IMG/VR virus record: IMGVR_UViG_3300022848_000005 | Reading direction: 5' to 3' (one strand) | Source: a virus | Taxonomy: Duplodnaviria > Caudoviricetes | Length of the DNA: 64,000 nucleotides | Shown here: in pieces, positions 1-9,071 of the stretch | Layout of the letters: each line of letters begins with the position of its first letter | Numbering within the stretch: position 1 is the first letter of the stretch | Made by a program: the position numbers and the translations under genes | The notes under the pieces: generated by a model | What the model was told of the DNA's origin: nothing | The model's input: only the letters and a program-made list of their open reading frames with translations | Database searches by the model: none

Positions 1-1
1 A

Positions 2-481
2 CAAGGCACAGCGTATACTGAAGAAAAACCTAAACTTGACGACAAAGGGTTAGGTATTGTGGAACGTTATATTAGCAGTAATGCCAGTAAAATAGATGAC
101 TTTATTGGTGGCCAGTCAGGATTAAAAAGACCAGGCGATGTGTTATATAAGTTCTACAATCAGTCGCTTAGAATACCAGGTGCAAAGAAAGGTTTTACAG
201 ACTGGGTACAAAATAACTTAAGTGCTGAGCAAGCACAAAAAGTTTTAAACCATCCTGGATTAGACGCTACGCTTAACGCAGTTGAAATGATAACAGGACA
301 AAAGAATCTGGTATTACAGCAGTTAGGGTCAGCAACACACGGTGATATCAGACAGACTAAACCAGAAGGTTATGTGCAAGCTCATCCAGGTAAAGAGTTT
401 AAGGCTGACTTACCGGGACAGTTTATTAAAATGATTGATCAACCGACTTGGACGCCTAACAGAGGCTTTAAAGATAAGTAG
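2..481 (+). CDS. 5'-truncated conserved phage protein (C-terminal part only)
   Basis: Frame is open from base 2 (QGTAYTEEKPKL...). C-terminal PEGYV...IKMID motif resembles the protein found upstream of cytidyltransferase genes in T4-like phages. Confidence 0.55.
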   Translation, partial: QGTAYTEEKPKLDDKGLGIVERYISSNASKIDDFIGGQSGLKRPGDVLYKFYNQSLRIPGAKKGFTDWVQNNLSAEQAQKVLNHPGLDATLNAVEMITGQKNLVLQQLGSATHGDIRQTKPEGYVQAHPGKEFKADLPGQFIKMIDQPTWTPNRGFKDK

Positions 482-485
482 TACT

Positions 486-1076
486 ATGAGAGCAAAAGAA
501 ATATTAAGAGAAGCACCAGAACAACGTGTAGCCTTTAGTTGGGGTAGGTTTCAGCCACCACACTTAGGACACGCAGAGGTGTTTAAGAAACTGGAGTCAG
601 TAGGAAACTATGGTTTCTGGATAGGCACGGGACAAACAACCGATCCTAAAAAGAATCCATTGCAGTATGCAGACAAAGTTGCTATACTGAAACAGATGTT
701 TCCTGGGCACAGCGACAACATATTATCTGACCCCAGTATTAAGACAGTATACAATGCTATTGTAGCAATATATAACAAATACGATCCCAAAGAAGCAGAG
801 AACATTACTTTAGTTTTTGTTGGTGATCCAGAAAGAATTAACGACTTCGTTGGTAGTTTTAAAAAGTTTAATGGTGTTGAAGCACGTCATGGTTATTACA
901 AGTTTAAAGATGTAACCGGATTTGCTAACACCGATAAAGGTGATGTGAGAGCAACAGATGTTCGAGGTGCAGTGCAGGCTAAGGACATGACAAAATTTCA
1001 ACAACTTACTGGTTTAACTGGTGAGTTGGCTCAGACAGTTTTTAACAAGGTAGCAAAGGGAATGGGCGTTGTTTGA
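486..1076 (+). CDS. Cytidyltransferase-like (HxGH) nucleotidyltransferase
   Basis: WGRFQPPHLGH motif, KNPL..DK motif and C-terminal RATDVR motif. ATG at 486 (MRAKEILREA) is a more plausible start than 435. Confidence 0.8.
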   Translation: MRAKEILREAPEQRVAFSWGRFQPPHLGHAEVFKKLESVGNYGFWIGTGQTTDPKKNPLQYADKVAILKQMFPGHSDNILSDPSIKTVYNAIVAIYNKYDPKEAENITLVFVGDPERINDFVGSFKKFNGVEARHGYYKFKDVTGFANTDKGDVRATDVRGAVQAKDMTKFQQLTGLTGELAQTVFNKVAKGMGVV

Positions 1077-1626
1077 CTTTATTCAAGAATTAAATGAAAG
1101 CAGGATTTTTAGGTACGAACACGACTTCGAGGGGATGTCTGCTCGTGACCTAGGTCATCTACTGTATCAAATTGTTATGATGTTGGAAATTATTAGACAT
1201 TATGACAAAAACTGGGTTAAACAGTATGCTAAGAAGACATATCAGTTTGGGGGGTTTCCAGGAATGAAGGCTGCCCAAACTGATATGTACAATCTTATAA
1301 GTGTTGTTAATAACCAAGACAAATATGACACGTATTTAAAGACTGACAAGTCAGTGTATGTTCCTGACTTTGGCATCAAACGTTATTTGTTAGACATTAT
1401 TAACGATAATAGACACATCACCAGAGACAGAGCACTATTCACTAAACTAGAAGACACATTAAAAGTACAGGATAGTGCTCTTAAAAACATCAGACGCTTA
1501 GTAAGTTACTGGGACAACTACAGTGACGCACAAAAGAAAACAACAGTAGTAAATCTTAGACAGAACGTTCGTTCTGACACTCCTTATATTGACGTATACT
1601 GGTCAAAATTTAAAGAACTAGCATAA
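1069..1626 (+). CDS. Hypothetical protein, probably head-associated
   Basis: 185-aa ORF with TTG start; N-terminus MFDFIQELNESR. Confidence 0.6.
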   Translation: MFDFIQELNESRIFRYEHDFEGMSARDLGHLLYQIVMMLEIIRHYDKNWVKQYAKKTYQFGGFPGMKAAQTDMYNLISVVNNQDKYDTYLKTDKSVYVPDFGIKRYLLDIINDNRHITRDRALFTKLEDTLKVQDSALKNIRRLVSYWDNYSDAQKKTTVVNLRQNVRSDTPYIDVYWSKFKELA

Positions 1627-1629
1627 ATA
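1623..1629 (+). promoter_or_regulatory. T4-like late promoter core (ATAAATA)
   Basis: CATAAATA upstream of an AAGGAG RBS and the ORF at 1678. Confidence 0.55.
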
Positions 1630-1677
1630 ATAGTAAGTTAGCGAACAGGCTAATAATAAAATTTAAGGAGTTTTAAA

Positions 1678-2136
1678 ATGGCAGACGTAACAAGAGTACA
1701 TGGTAACGCACATGGTGTGGTTCATCAGGACAGAGGCCTCTCTGGTAGTGGAGCATTAAGTGGTGACGAGTTAGTAGTTAACATTGGTAGAAGTGCTAAG
1801 TTCTTTGGAATCGTTATTTACAACGCATCTGGATCAGGCGGCGCAGGTAATGTCGATCTACAAAACGAATTAGACGCTGGCGAATCAGTTGAAGCAATTC
1901 TTAAAGCAGTTGCGGCATCTACCGTTTCTAGCGTACAATACGGTGGTGAGATTTTAGCATATCAGGTACAAGACGATGCTAACGGTCAAATCAGCGTTAT
2001 GGTTGCTGGTTCAAATTGGACAGGCGCAACATTGCAAACAGCAATTCGTGCATTAGGCGCAACAGTTGGTGGCAATTCAAAAGACGTAACAGGCACACTC
2101 GTAACAGATACAGGCATGAAGTTAGCACTATCATAA
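1678..2136 (+). CDS. Small virion structural protein, paralog 1
   Basis: Begins MADVTRVHG; Gly/Ala/Ser-rich; strong RBS, late promoter and terminator; clear paralog of 2236..2667. Confidence 0.6.
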   Translation: MADVTRVHGNAHGVVHQDRGLSGSGALSGDELVVNIGRSAKFFGIVIYNASGSGGAGNVDLQNELDAGESVEAILKAVAASTVSSVQYGGEILAYQVQDDANGQISVMVAGSNWTGATLQTAIRALGATVGGNSKDVTGTLVTDTGMKLALS

Positions 2137-2155
2137 TTTAGAGTTTTAGTAACTT

Positions 2156-2189
2156 AAAAAAGGGCGCATATTATTTGCGCCTTTTTTTT
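2156..2189 (+). terminator. Rho-independent (bidirectional) terminator
   Basis: AAAAAAGGGCGCA-tattatt-TGCGCCTTTTTTTT hairpin with A-tract and T-tract. Confidence 0.85.
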
Positions 2190-2197
2190 ATAACCAG

Positions 2198-2205
2198 TAT
2201 AAATA
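2198..2205 (+). promoter_or_regulatory. T4-like late promoter TATAAATA
   Basis: Exact T4 late consensus, 30 nt upstream of ORF 2236. Confidence 0.75.
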
Positions 2206-2235
2206 CTACAAATACATTTAATTAAGGAGTGACAA

Positions 2236-2667
2236 ATGGCAGATTTAACAAGAGTACACGGTAGCCCATCAGGTAACGTGTCATATGACAGATCAGTAGC
2301 AAACGTTGGTAACATCTCAGCAGACGAACTAGTAGATGTTGTAGGTCGTAAGTTAGACTTTTTCAAAATTGTTATTCAAAACGGTTCTAGTACTAACCAA
2401 GACTTGCGTTCAGAAATGGGACCTAACGAGTGTGTAGAAAAAGTTTTACAAATTATCCAAAACTACACAGACGGTACTAACGAAGGAACTGCAACTCTCG
2501 TAGCATATCAGGTAGAAGGCGACGACACAGGACAAATCAGTGTTGCAGTTGAAGGTTCTAGCTGGACAGCGTCAGCATTGCAGGCGTCCATTCGTGCTAC
2601 TACAACATTGAACTCAATCAATGTTACAGGTACAGACGTTACAGCACCTGGGTTAGATTTAGCATAA
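2236..2667 (+). CDS. Small virion structural protein, paralog 2
   Basis: Begins MADLTRVHG; shares AYQV..D..GQISV.V.GS.WT...LQ.AIRA with 1678..2136. Confidence 0.6.
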   Translation: MADLTRVHGSPSGNVSYDRSVANVGNISADELVDVVGRKLDFFKIVIQNGSSTNQDLRSEMGPNECVEKVLQIIQNYTDGTNEGTATLVAYQVEGDDTGQISVAVEGSSWTASALQASIRATTTLNSINVTGTDVTAPGLDLA

Positions 2668-2688
2668 TACTAAATTAACACTATAAAT

Positions 2689-2719
2689 AAAAAGGCATAC
2701 ATTTTGTGTGCCTTTTTTT
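2689..2719 (+). terminator. Rho-independent terminator overlapping a late promoter (TATAAATA 2682-2689)
   Basis: AAAAGGCATAC-attt-TGTGTGCCTTTTTT hairpin. Confidence 0.7.
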
Positions 2720-3136
2720 ATGCACTGTCAAAGTTTACATAGAGATTTAAGAATACAGCAAGTGCCCTTAACACAATTAAGTTCACTTTTTATACACCCC
2801 AACGAACGTTTTAAATGGAAGGTTCTCCCAACGATGCGGGATCAAGGTATGTATTACCCATTAGCAGTGTGTAAGATAACAACGGAGTTGTTTAGTAAAC
2901 AATTCTGGGGTAAACTTAAAGTAGATCCTGTAGTAAACGAGGATAATTTAGTCTGGGCAATTAAAATGGGAGCTAATAGATATGATGCCGCCCTTCATCT
3001 TGGATATACATCTATAGATGTAATTATACATCCCAATCTAAATGATTGTATTACCTGGGACCGTTACTTTAAGTATGTTAATCCTTTATTCAATAAAGAT
3101 CCTGAGCCTTACCAGGCAAAGTTTACATATGAGTAA
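2708..3136 (+). CDS. ParB/sulfiredoxin-fold-like hypothetical protein
   Basis: GANRYDAALHLGYTSIDVII resembles the ParB/Srx G.HR..A...LG...I.V motif. The true start is probably a few codons downstream. Confidence 0.4.
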   Translation: MPFFMHCQSLHRDLRIQQVPLTQLSSLFIHPNERFKWKVLPTMRDQGMYYPLAVCKITTELFSKQFWGKLKVDPVVNEDNLVWAIKMGANRYDAALHLGYTSIDVIIHPNLNDCITWDRYFKYVNPLFNKDPEPYQAKFTYE

Positions 3137-3635
3137 AATACACGGTCATAGTGCAGGCAGTGTGGAAGGCAGAGGCAGTTGTGTAATTGATTGTTATACA
3201 CTAGTGGATATGACTAGAACAGGCGTAGTAGCATACTACAAAGAAGGCATGCCTATGTTCAATGATGATGCAGATCAACTAATTAATGACGAGAAGTCCT
3301 GGATTAGAAGCCGTAATCAACAACGTAACTACGAAACCTGCATACAAGTAATTAGTTTAAGGGCCCAACCTGTGTATCTGGAAGATCCTAAACGATTGCG
3401 TAAACAGGACATGTCGCTCTATAATTTTACTGATATCACAGGCACCCACGACATCTGGCATTTTAGTTTTAGTCCAGAACAGCCGGATGTATACAGAATA
3501 GGTGACGATCCTGTTGCCGCTCTTAATAATGATACACACAATATACCTATAATAACTGGTTTACACGAAACAGCAGTAGTAGAAATACCCATACTACATA
3601 TAGGTATAAATATATATTACAAACTCAGGTGGTAA
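3129..3635 (+). CDS. Conserved hypothetical phage protein
   Basis: ATG at 3129 overlaps the previous stop (MSKIHGHSAG...). Confidence 0.6.
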   Translation: MSKIHGHSAGSVEGRGSCVIDCYTLVDMTRTGVVAYYKEGMPMFNDDADQLINDEKSWIRSRNQQRNYETCIQVISLRAQPVYLEDPKRLRKQDMSLYNFTDITGTHDIWHFSFSPEQPDVYRIGDDPVAALNNDTHNIPIITGLHETAVVEIPILHIGINIYYKLRW

Positions 3636-3740
3636 AAGGAATAAATACTTGGGTAATAAACGGCACATATACTAGGCACTCACTACTCTGGCACTATCAA
3701 CAGGCATAGCTCTATCAGTTTTAACTTACATAGGAAGAGA

Positions 3741-4031
3741 GTGGTGACAATTAAACAACAAACAATCGAGAAGAAAAATCTTTCCGCCCACGTAGATTTA
3801 TGTGCCGAAAGGTACAAAGAATTGAACATTAATTTTAAAATCCTAGAGAACCGATTAGATTCTTTATCTACCCACTTGTTGGGTCTGAAAGAGGACATGA
3901 ATAAGGTCACAGCCCGCATTAATAACCGCATCTTAACTATTGCAGGTACTACTATTGCTGTTATGACCACTGCTGTTATAGCCTTAGTGCTGAAACTAAT
4001 TGATGTTATTTCAATCATGCCTGTATCCTAA
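3741..4031 (+). CDS. Small coiled-coil protein with C-terminal transmembrane helix
   Basis: IEKKNLSAHVDLCAERY, a coiled-coil stretch, then hydrophobic ILTIAGTTIAVMTTAVIALVL. Confidence 0.6.
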   Translation: MVTIKQQTIEKKNLSAHVDLCAERYKELNINFKILENRLDSLSTHLLGLKEDMNKVTARINNRILTIAGTTIAVMTTAVIALVLKLIDVISIMPVS

Positions 4032-4033
4032 AT

Positions 4034-4510
4034 GTGAAAACTCAAACAGCAATAAAACTTAAACAGTCAGCAAAAAAACTTAAACAGTTTACTACTAAGC
4101 ATCTGCCAGATATATTATTCAATAGCCCTGATATAATTTGGGCCAAGGAAGATAATAGTCTTATGGTAGGAGAACTGCGTGTTTATAAGAATAAACACGG
4201 TACCTACTCAGTAAATCTAGCTGGTGGCAAGGTATGTAATTTCTATAAACAAAAACATGCGGTATGTTATGCCAGTTATTACCAACTATGCAACCTCAAT
4301 CGCTGTAGTAATATTGCTATTTTAGACAGTAAATTAGAAAATTACACACAAGATGTAGAGTACTACAAACAACAACTAACACTACACTACAAAAACAACA
4401 ATAAGGATAAGTTTTTGCTATACTATGCTAGATATAGTCAAGCTCTTCCAATCAAGAAACAAACCGAACAGGAATGTAAGAAAAGTATCTTTCTGGCTAA
4501 ATATAATTAA
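4034..4510 (+). CDS. Hypothetical protein
   Basis: 158-aa ORF inside the late operon. Confidence 0.55.
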   Translation: MKTQTAIKLKQSAKKLKQFTTKHLPDILFNSPDIIWAKEDNSLMVGELRVYKNKHGTYSVNLAGGKVCNFYKQKHAVCYASYYQLCNLNRCSNIAILDSKLENYTQDVEYYKQQLTLHYKNNNKDKFLLYYARYSQALPIKKQTEQECKKSIFLAKYN

Positions 4511-4527
4511 ATTTAGGAATTCTTAAT

Positions 4528-5160
4528 ATGCAACTTAACGACTTAAAGAGAAAAAACACAAAAAAAGTAATGGAAAGCAGATTTGGCTTTGCTGTTAACT
4601 TTGATAGAATGACAGTGGAAAAAGCGGAAGGGTTGTTAGAAACAATTTCTTCTGGTATGGAGAACGTCCGTAACAGCAGTTCTTTCCACACAGCCGAAAA
4701 GAACCCACGTTATATGGAACTTTTAATGGTTAAAGAGAGTCTAACTGACTGGTTAGATGACACAGTTGAAGTAGTGGTAGAAGGTGAAGTACAAACTGCT
4801 GAAGTTCTGTTAGCTGCCAAGGACATTACAGATAGATTACAAGGTATGGTAGAGGATTTGGGAGAAATTCTAAACGAAGATCTTCCACCATTAGGCGATA
4901 GCATTAATGACCAGATGGGCGGAGGCAAAGGCACACAGTATGTTAATTCAGCAAGCGCCACAATCCAGGGGTTATTAGATGCAATGACGGCCGCACGAAT
5001 GTCATTAGACGATGCAAGTAAAATCGTTACTGGTGAAGGTCCTGATCCTGCAATGGCAGGTGAGATGCCCGTAGAAGAGCCTGCAATGGCAGATATGCCA
5101 GAAGAAGAGCCTATGATAGAGCCTGAAGAGGACGAGCCAGTCGGCAGAGAAATGCGCTAA
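4528..5160 (+). CDS. Acidic helical protein, probable prohead core/scaffold component
   Basis: Helical and very acidic with an E/P/M-rich tail; TAAATA at 4498 upstream. Confidence 0.5.
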   Translation: MQLNDLKRKNTKKVMESRFGFAVNFDRMTVEKAEGLLETISSGMENVRNSSSFHTAEKNPRYMELLMVKESLTDWLDDTVEVVVEGEVQTAEVLLAAKDITDRLQGMVEDLGEILNEDLPPLGDSINDQMGGGKGTQYVNSASATIQGLLDAMTAARMSLDDASKIVTGEGPDPAMAGEMPVEEPAMADMPEEEPMIEPEEDEPVGREMR

Positions 5161-5507
5161 TGCGTTTTTCAGAGTTACATGAAGATCAACAGGAGCTAGT
5201 CTCAAAGCTGGCTTCTGTCCTTGAGTTCCTTAAAGGTCGATCTCAAGATAGCGGCTTACAGCCAAATATCACTTTAAACAGTCTAGTAAAAATGGTTGGC
5301 AATACAGGAACACAAATTGATCCTAATACAATACAACAGTTGTTTAACGAGCCAACAATACGAAACCTAATTAAAAATATAGACGGTAACATGGTTACTC
5401 TTAATTTAGATGGTGGAATGACCCAATTACAGCCTGGTGGTGGCAACATGCCTCCTGAGGTTAAAGTTAACCAAATGGCAAAAAGAGCATTGAGTCGTAG
5501 ACAATAA
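5160..5507 (+). CDS. Hypothetical protein, probably head-associated
   Basis: TAATG-coupled to the previous gene; N-terminus MRFSELHED. Confidence 0.55.
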   Translation: MRFSELHEDQQELVSKLASVLEFLKGRSQDSGLQPNITLNSLVKMVGNTGTQIDPNTIQQLFNEPTIRNLIKNIDGNMVTLNLDGGMTQLQPGGGNMPPEVKVNQMAKRALSRRQ

Positions 5508-5524
5508 TCTGTTATAATACACAC

Positions 5525-5839
5525 ATGATTACATTTACCCCCCGAGCATACGATCACTTTTACAAGTACGTAAGTGATAATAAAACCCTACGAATAAGTT
5601 TTAAACAACAAGGCTGTACTGGTTATAGTTATCAACTTGACTGGCTCGATCACATACCAGAAGGCTTCAAGGTTAGTAAGCAAGGTGATGTAACTTATAC
5701 ATGGGACCCTGTGCATGAAGACTGGCTTACCGGCACAACTGTAGACATGCAAGTTAAAGGTCTTAATAATTTATTAGTATTCCTAAACCCTAACGAAATA
5801 GCTAGTTGTGGGTGCGGGGAAAGTGTTACTTTTAAATAA
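5525..5839 (+). CDS. iscA: A-type Fe-S cluster carrier (HesB/IscA/ErpA family)
   Basis: GCTGYSY and C-terminal NPN...SCGCGESV signature. Confidence 0.9.
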   Translation: MITFTPRAYDHFYKYVSDNKTLRISFKQQGCTGYSYQLDWLDHIPEGFKVSKQGDVTYTWDPVHEDWLTGTTVDMQVKGLNNLLVFLNPNEIASCGCGESVTFK

Positions 5840-5859
5840 ATACACTAAAGGATACTAGC

Positions 5860-6219
5860 ATGGCATTTTTACCAACATCAGCAAACGCAAGAGAACAATC
5901 GCAAGGCAACGCCGTAGTTGCTGGCGAGATTGCAATCTTAACACAGCGTGTACTAATCGCAATTAGTTCGGGTGTGTTTACTATTACTGCCACAAGTGCA
6001 ACCACTATTACTATTAACGGTACCACTATTACTGGCAGTGTAATGACCAACGCTGATGCAACAGGTAGAGAATATTACACAGCCTGGCAAGGCACAACGA
6101 CAGATGCAGTAAAAACCGAGCAGATGACAGAAGTTATCTCGCATTTTCAAAAACTAGGATATGCTATTGTCCGCAAATCAACAACAGGTACTGAGCTATA
6201 TTGGCAAATGTCCTGGTAA
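5860..6219 (+). CDS. Small Thr-rich protein, probably virion structural
   Basis: ATAAATA at 5836-5842 and AAGGA RBS upstream. Confidence 0.5.
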   Translation: MAFLPTSANAREQSQGNAVVAGEIAILTQRVLIAISSGVFTITATSATTITINGTTITGSVMTNADATGREYYTAWQGTTTDAVKTEQMTEVISHFQKLGYAIVRKSTTGTELYWQMSW

Positions 6220-6222
6220 TCG

Positions 6223-6897
6223 ATGATCACAGACCGATACGAATACGTAAGAATCAATAGAAAAAACATAGACGGAAAAAGACATTACCTCACACCAGAG
6301 GGAGATGCTGTTCCATCTGTAACTACTGTTCTTGATAAAACTAAACCTGCTGAAAAAATGCAGGCACTAATGAACTGGCGAAAGCGTGTAGGTGAAACCA
6401 AAGCACAACAGATAGTAACTGAAGCCGCCAACGTTGGTACAGTTCTACACAAAAAACTAGAAGAATACTGTTTAGGTACACTGGAAGCACCAGGTAGTAA
6501 CCTTATACAACAACAAGCAGACAAGATGGCTCGTGTGGTTATTGACACTGGGCTAACGGATATGAATGAGTGTTGGGGGGTAGAGGTTCCTTTGTACTAC
6601 TCGGGGCTATATGCTGGCACAACAGACTGTGTGTGCATGTTTAAAGGTGAGCCTGCTGTCTTAGACTTTAAACAAACGAACAAGCCTAAAAAACGTGAAT
6701 GGATTGAGGATTACTTCCTGCAATTAAGTGCGTATATTTTAGCACACGACAAAACACACAACACCGAGATTAAACGTGGTGTGATTTTAATGTGTTCAAG
6801 AGATTTAACCTACCAACAGTTTGAGATCGAAGGTGACGAACTAGAGTTCTGGAAACAGAAATGGTGGGATAGAGTAGAGCAATATTATAATAAATAA
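6223..6897 (+). CDS. PD-(D/E)XK exonuclease (Cas4/MGME1-like phage exonuclease)
   Basis: PSVTTVL, GTVLH, EVPLY, GTTD, LDFKQTNK and LQLSAY motifs. Confidence 0.85.
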   Translation: MITDRYEYVRINRKNIDGKRHYLTPEGDAVPSVTTVLDKTKPAEKMQALMNWRKRVGETKAQQIVTEAANVGTVLHKKLEEYCLGTLEAPGSNLIQQQADKMARVVIDTGLTDMNECWGVEVPLYYSGLYAGTTDCVCMFKGEPAVLDFKQTNKPKKREWIEDYFLQLSAYILAHDKTHNTEIKRGVILMCSRDLTYQQFEIEGDELEFWKQKWWDRVEQYYNK

Positions 6898-6925
6898 GTA
6901 AAATACATTAGTAAGGACTCCTAAC

Positions 6926-8509
6926 GTGGCAATTTTACAAATATCTCGAATACAACACAGACGTGGAACATCAGATAACCTACCGCAGTTATCAGCGGCA
7001 GAACTTGGCTGGTCGGTAGACAACAGAAGGTTATACATTGGTAACGGCACACTTGAAGAGGGTGCGCCTGCACTAGGCAACACACAGATCCTGACAGAGT
7101 TTAGTGATTTACTAAACACGAGCCAAGTGTACACTTATGTGGGCGAACAGTCTGGTTACGTAGTAACAACAGGCACAAGTTCAAGCACCCCTGTTGAGAG
7201 ATCACTACAGAAAAAGTTTGATGACTTTATAAATGTTAGAGACTTTGGCGCAGTGGGTGATGGTGAGTCAGACGACACAGCCGCTATTAATAGAGCACTC
7301 TTTCAGTTGTATTGTAGAGAAGTTAACGAAGAAATCCGCAGATCTCTTTACTTTCCAGCAGGGATTTATAAAATTACAGGCGATGTAATTAAGATTCCTA
7401 CTTACGCTAAACTAATCGGCGAAGGCGCAGAAAGCACAATCTTTAAGCAAACAGATTCAGGACAATCTTATGTGTTTAAGACGGCAGATAGTTTACAACA
7501 AATAGATGCCAGTATTGCAACTAATGCAGCCACAAGACCAGAATTTATTGAAGTGTCTGGGTGTACATTCTGGAACAGCACAACTGAACACGTTGGTTTA
7601 GTTTCCTCTGCCCAGCACATACATTTTGATGATGTTAAATTTAAAGGCAATCTAACGTTGCCAATATCAGTTAGTGACGCAAAGGCATGCCTTCAGATAG
7701 AATCAACAGCAGTATTAGTTACAGAGCACGTTACATTTGATAATTGCTACTTTACAAACAACACATTTGGTATTGAGGTAGACTACAATTGTAGAAACGT
7801 TGTTGTGCAGAATAGTTACTTCGACGAACTCTATAAAGGAGTTAAGTTGGGCGAAAGTCTAACAGGATCTTCTCCCCAGGACGAAGGACCACGTGGTTTT
7901 AAAGTAACAGGTAGTTACTTTGATAGAATTGCTAACATGGGTATTCACACATATTCCTCTATTAAACACGTAGTGTCTGCTTACAACTATTTTTACGAGG
8001 TAGGTAACAACTTTAACGGTGCTGGTAACCAGGCTGCTCCAGTAATATTCTTTGCAAGCGGTGGTAACTTTAGTATAGGTGATGCATTCGAACGTAACGA
8101 CACAGACGATTTAGATCAGCCTAGAATTAGTATAGCCAATGTTTCTAATTATGGCCAGGTTGCTGGCAATAGCATCCAATATGGTGCGCATAGACAGGAA
8201 GCAGGTCTGTCAGTAACTCTTAATGATAATCAGTCAACAACGTTAACAGGCATTACACTTGCAGACAACAAATATACACACGGTGCTATTATTGACTACA
8301 GCATTGTTCGTGCAACAACTTTTAGAACAGGAACATTACACATAGCCCATGGCACAACTGTTGGTTACAGCGAGGATTTTTCAGAAGATTCTGCAACTGG
8401 TGTAACACTCACTGTTACATTTGCTACCAACACAAGTACCATTAACTATGCAACAACATCAACCGGCAGTAACGCCACAATGAAATATTCAATTAGATAC
8501 CTATATTAA
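6926..8509 (+). CDS. Tail fibre/spike-like protein with beta-helix (pectate lyase 3-like) domain
   Basis: N-terminal RRGT...PQL..AELG...D.RRLYIG (Mtd_N-like); NVRDFGAVGDGESDDTAAINRAL and YFPAGIY motifs; beta-helix repeats; ATAAATA at 6890. Confidence 0.8.
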   Translation: MAILQISRIQHRRGTSDNLPQLSAAELGWSVDNRRLYIGNGTLEEGAPALGNTQILTEFSDLLNTSQVYTYVGEQSGYVVTTGTSSSTPVERSLQKKFDDFINVRDFGAVGDGESDDTAAINRALFQLYCREVNEEIRRSLYFPAGIYKITGDVIKIPTYAKLIGEGAESTIFKQTDSGQSYVFKTADSLQQIDASIATNAATRPEFIEVSGCTFWNSTTEHVGLVSSAQHIHFDDVKFKGNLTLPISVSDAKACLQIESTAVLVTEHVTFDNCYFTNNTFGIEVDYNCRNVVVQNSYFDELYKGVKLGESLTGSSPQDEGPRGFKVTGSYFDRIANMGIHTYSSIKHVVSAYNYFYEVGNNFNGAGNQAAPVIFFASGGNFSIGDAFERNDTDDLDQPRISIANVSNYGQVAGNSIQYGAHRQEAGLSVTLNDNQSTTLTGITLADNKYTHGAIIDYSIVRATTFRTGTLHIAHGTTVGYSEDFSEDSATGVTLTVTFATNTSTINYATTSTGSNATMKYSIRYLY

Positions 8510-8518
8510 TAGATCAAA

Positions 8519-9064
8519 ATGATCTGGCAGCACCAAAAAATTTCAGAGTGCGTGAGTGATCTTCCTTTAGGCGCAAGATTCAAAAGAAAACATTTGATGA
8601 TGCACTACGGAAAACAGTCAGCCTATGGTCATATGCTCCTATAATAAACACCTGTATGGACTTTACGGGTCATAAGTCCTGGCCTGATCCCTGGGAACTA
8701 TTAGAGGACTCTGGCTATGATGAATTTGCTAAAGCTCTTGGTATGCTGTATACTTTGTTTTTAAGTGGACACGATGATCATAGCAGCTATGTTATAATAA
8801 TATTACTTAATTGGGTTATAGTAACATTTAAGCCGCATCTTTTGGATAGTATCCAAAAAAACTTGTATATAACCCACTATGTATTATTAATAGGGTTAAA
8901 CAGGGACCAGGGAAAATATTACTATATAGTATCTGTCAGACGATGGAAAATATATACTTAATTATGAGTGGGACAGTGTAGTAAATACTCAACAAATAGA
9001 TCCAGGGGTTAAAATAATGTACCAATACACTCCTCAAGATTTACATTTAGACCAATATATGTGA
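8519..9064 (+). pseudogene. Disrupted conserved hypothetical gene upstream of nrdA
   Basis: Pieces read MIWQHQK / RVRE*SSFRRKI...LWSYAP...WPDPWELL...ALGMLYTL / DDGKYILNY...DLHLDQYM. Joining them needs a frameshift at the A6 run (8535-8540), TGA 8557 read as Trp, and a frameshift near 8938. A likely 90-bp insertion lies at 8793-8882. Confidence 0.7.
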
Positions 9065-9071
9065 GGCATCA

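Noticed and set aside
6223-6897. Cas4-like nuclease as a sign of CRISPR
   Set aside because: No repeat-spacer array or other cas genes; this is the common phage PD-(D/E)XK exonuclease.
8557-8559. TGA at a conserved Trp position, suggesting TGA-to-Trp recoding
   Set aside because: The same gene also has frameshifts and an insertion. Many intact genes end in TGA via ATGA overlaps, and standard code gives dense full-length ORFs.
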